NCBI RefSeq assembly: GCF_009914755.1
Contig: NC_060947.1
Length of the DNA stretch: 64,000 bases
DNA from: the human T2T-CHM13v2.0 reference genome, Homo sapiens
Reading direction: 5' to 3' (one strand)
This document shows, in pieces, positions 63,015-64,000 of the stretch (positions are counted from its first letter, which is position 1; every line of letters begins with the position of its first letter). Both the position numbers and the translations under genes were made by a program. Under the pieces are notes generated by a model. It worked only from the letters and a program-made list of their open reading frames with translations. It did no database searches and had not been told where the DNA came from.

Positions 63015-63222
63015 AATAATAACATTAATCCTATGCTCTAAGTACAGGGATAAATACTTGACACTAATTGTTTCATTTAAATCTTCATAATAATCCTTTG
63101 AGGTTAGTACTATTTTGATCTCTAAGATATTAGGAAACAAATGTTTACATAAATTAAGTGACTTATCTAATGTTGAAGAGCTGGGTTTTGGATTCAGATC
63201 TCTCTGACCGTAAGTCCTACAT
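63015..63222 (-). mobile_element. MIR SINE
   Basis: TTTCATTTAAATCTTCATAATAATCCTTTGAGG..TTAAGTGACTT..GAGCTGGG. Confidence 0.7.
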
Positions 63223-63229
63223 CACTAAA

Positions 63230-64000
63230 CTCTACAATTAGCAGATACAATCCAAAGCAGGCTGCAAATGGATGCCTACTTGTAGCAGCACTTGGATGAG
63301 ATCCAGGCCCATGCAGTGAGAGCTCTGAAAGGCCGAGAATGTCAGAGTTGCCTACAATATGAGAGTGGATTCTCATATTTCCCAGCTGGAAAGGCTCAAA
63401 CACAAGTAATTCTCTTGTGCTATGATCCCACCGTGCTGGCCACTGTGATTCATTCAAGTCAAAACCTTGAACATGGTCTTTTTAGCAGTGGCTCCATCTC
63501 TGATACAACATCTCTAATGAGTCATCATTTATGATAGCTGCTTCCAAGTCATGGAGTAAACAAGTAGATCCAAGAGCCTTCCATATCCACTTCAGATTAC
63601 TGAACACCTGAGGAATACCATCTCACAGTGAACTATTTCTAGTATATTCCCTTTTAATGACCCCACACATTCCTGGCAGTGGCAGATGTCTTGAAAAAAA
63701 TGTATCATTCATTGTATACTCAGCCTATCTACTCCAACTGTGGTTATTTTGTTTATCAAAAGAATCTTCTGGTACCAAATTATCCGCCTATGTGATTTCT
63801 GATTATTACCTGCAATTATCATTCTGATTTTAAAGGGCACTGTTCAAGGCCCTTCACATTAGTATCCATTTGTCAACTTCCTACCACTAGTAGACACAAA
63901 GGTCAGATTGGAGATATCAACCAAGTACTCACTTGAGGAGTAAATCTCCTATTTCACCTTTTACTAATAACACACTGGTTTCCTCTCCTTACTATACAGA
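63230..64000 (+). mobile_element. Possible Gypsy protease/RT N-terminal remnant G
   Basis: LADT..MDAYL, AVRALKGR (cf. VxALDGR), VILFIKR..IRLC near 63742-63793. Confidence 0.4.

Overview
Primate (human-like) genomic DNA: AluJ/S/Y, L1PA, THE1 and MST elements are present. I found no intact protein-coding gene, RNA gene or CRISPR array; the long ORFs in the track are L1 or Alu fragments. The younger layer is ordinary but dense: about ten L1 pieces (one full-length L1PA, one twin-primed inverted L1PA), seven Alus, MaLR LTRs, hAT MITEs, L2s and MIRs. The main result is that most of the apparently unique DNA between these repeats translates, with stops and frameshifts, into colinear Ty3/Gypsy gag-protease-RT-RNaseH-integrase(-chromodomain) motifs. 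I count about eight highly decayed Gypsy remnants. Most are sushi/chromovirus-like (the lineage behind PEG10/RTL genes) and one has a PNMA-like gag. All remnants left of ~31 kb are on the minus strand and all those to the right are on the plus strand. L2 and MIR copies sit inside them, so they are older than those copies. Also present: an old local duplication, a minisatellite built from palindromes, several template-switch scars and a long GAA/GGA tract. All protein similarities and subfamily names were judged by eye from remembered consensus motifs and need HMM/RepeatMasker confirmation; boundaries of old elements are approximate.
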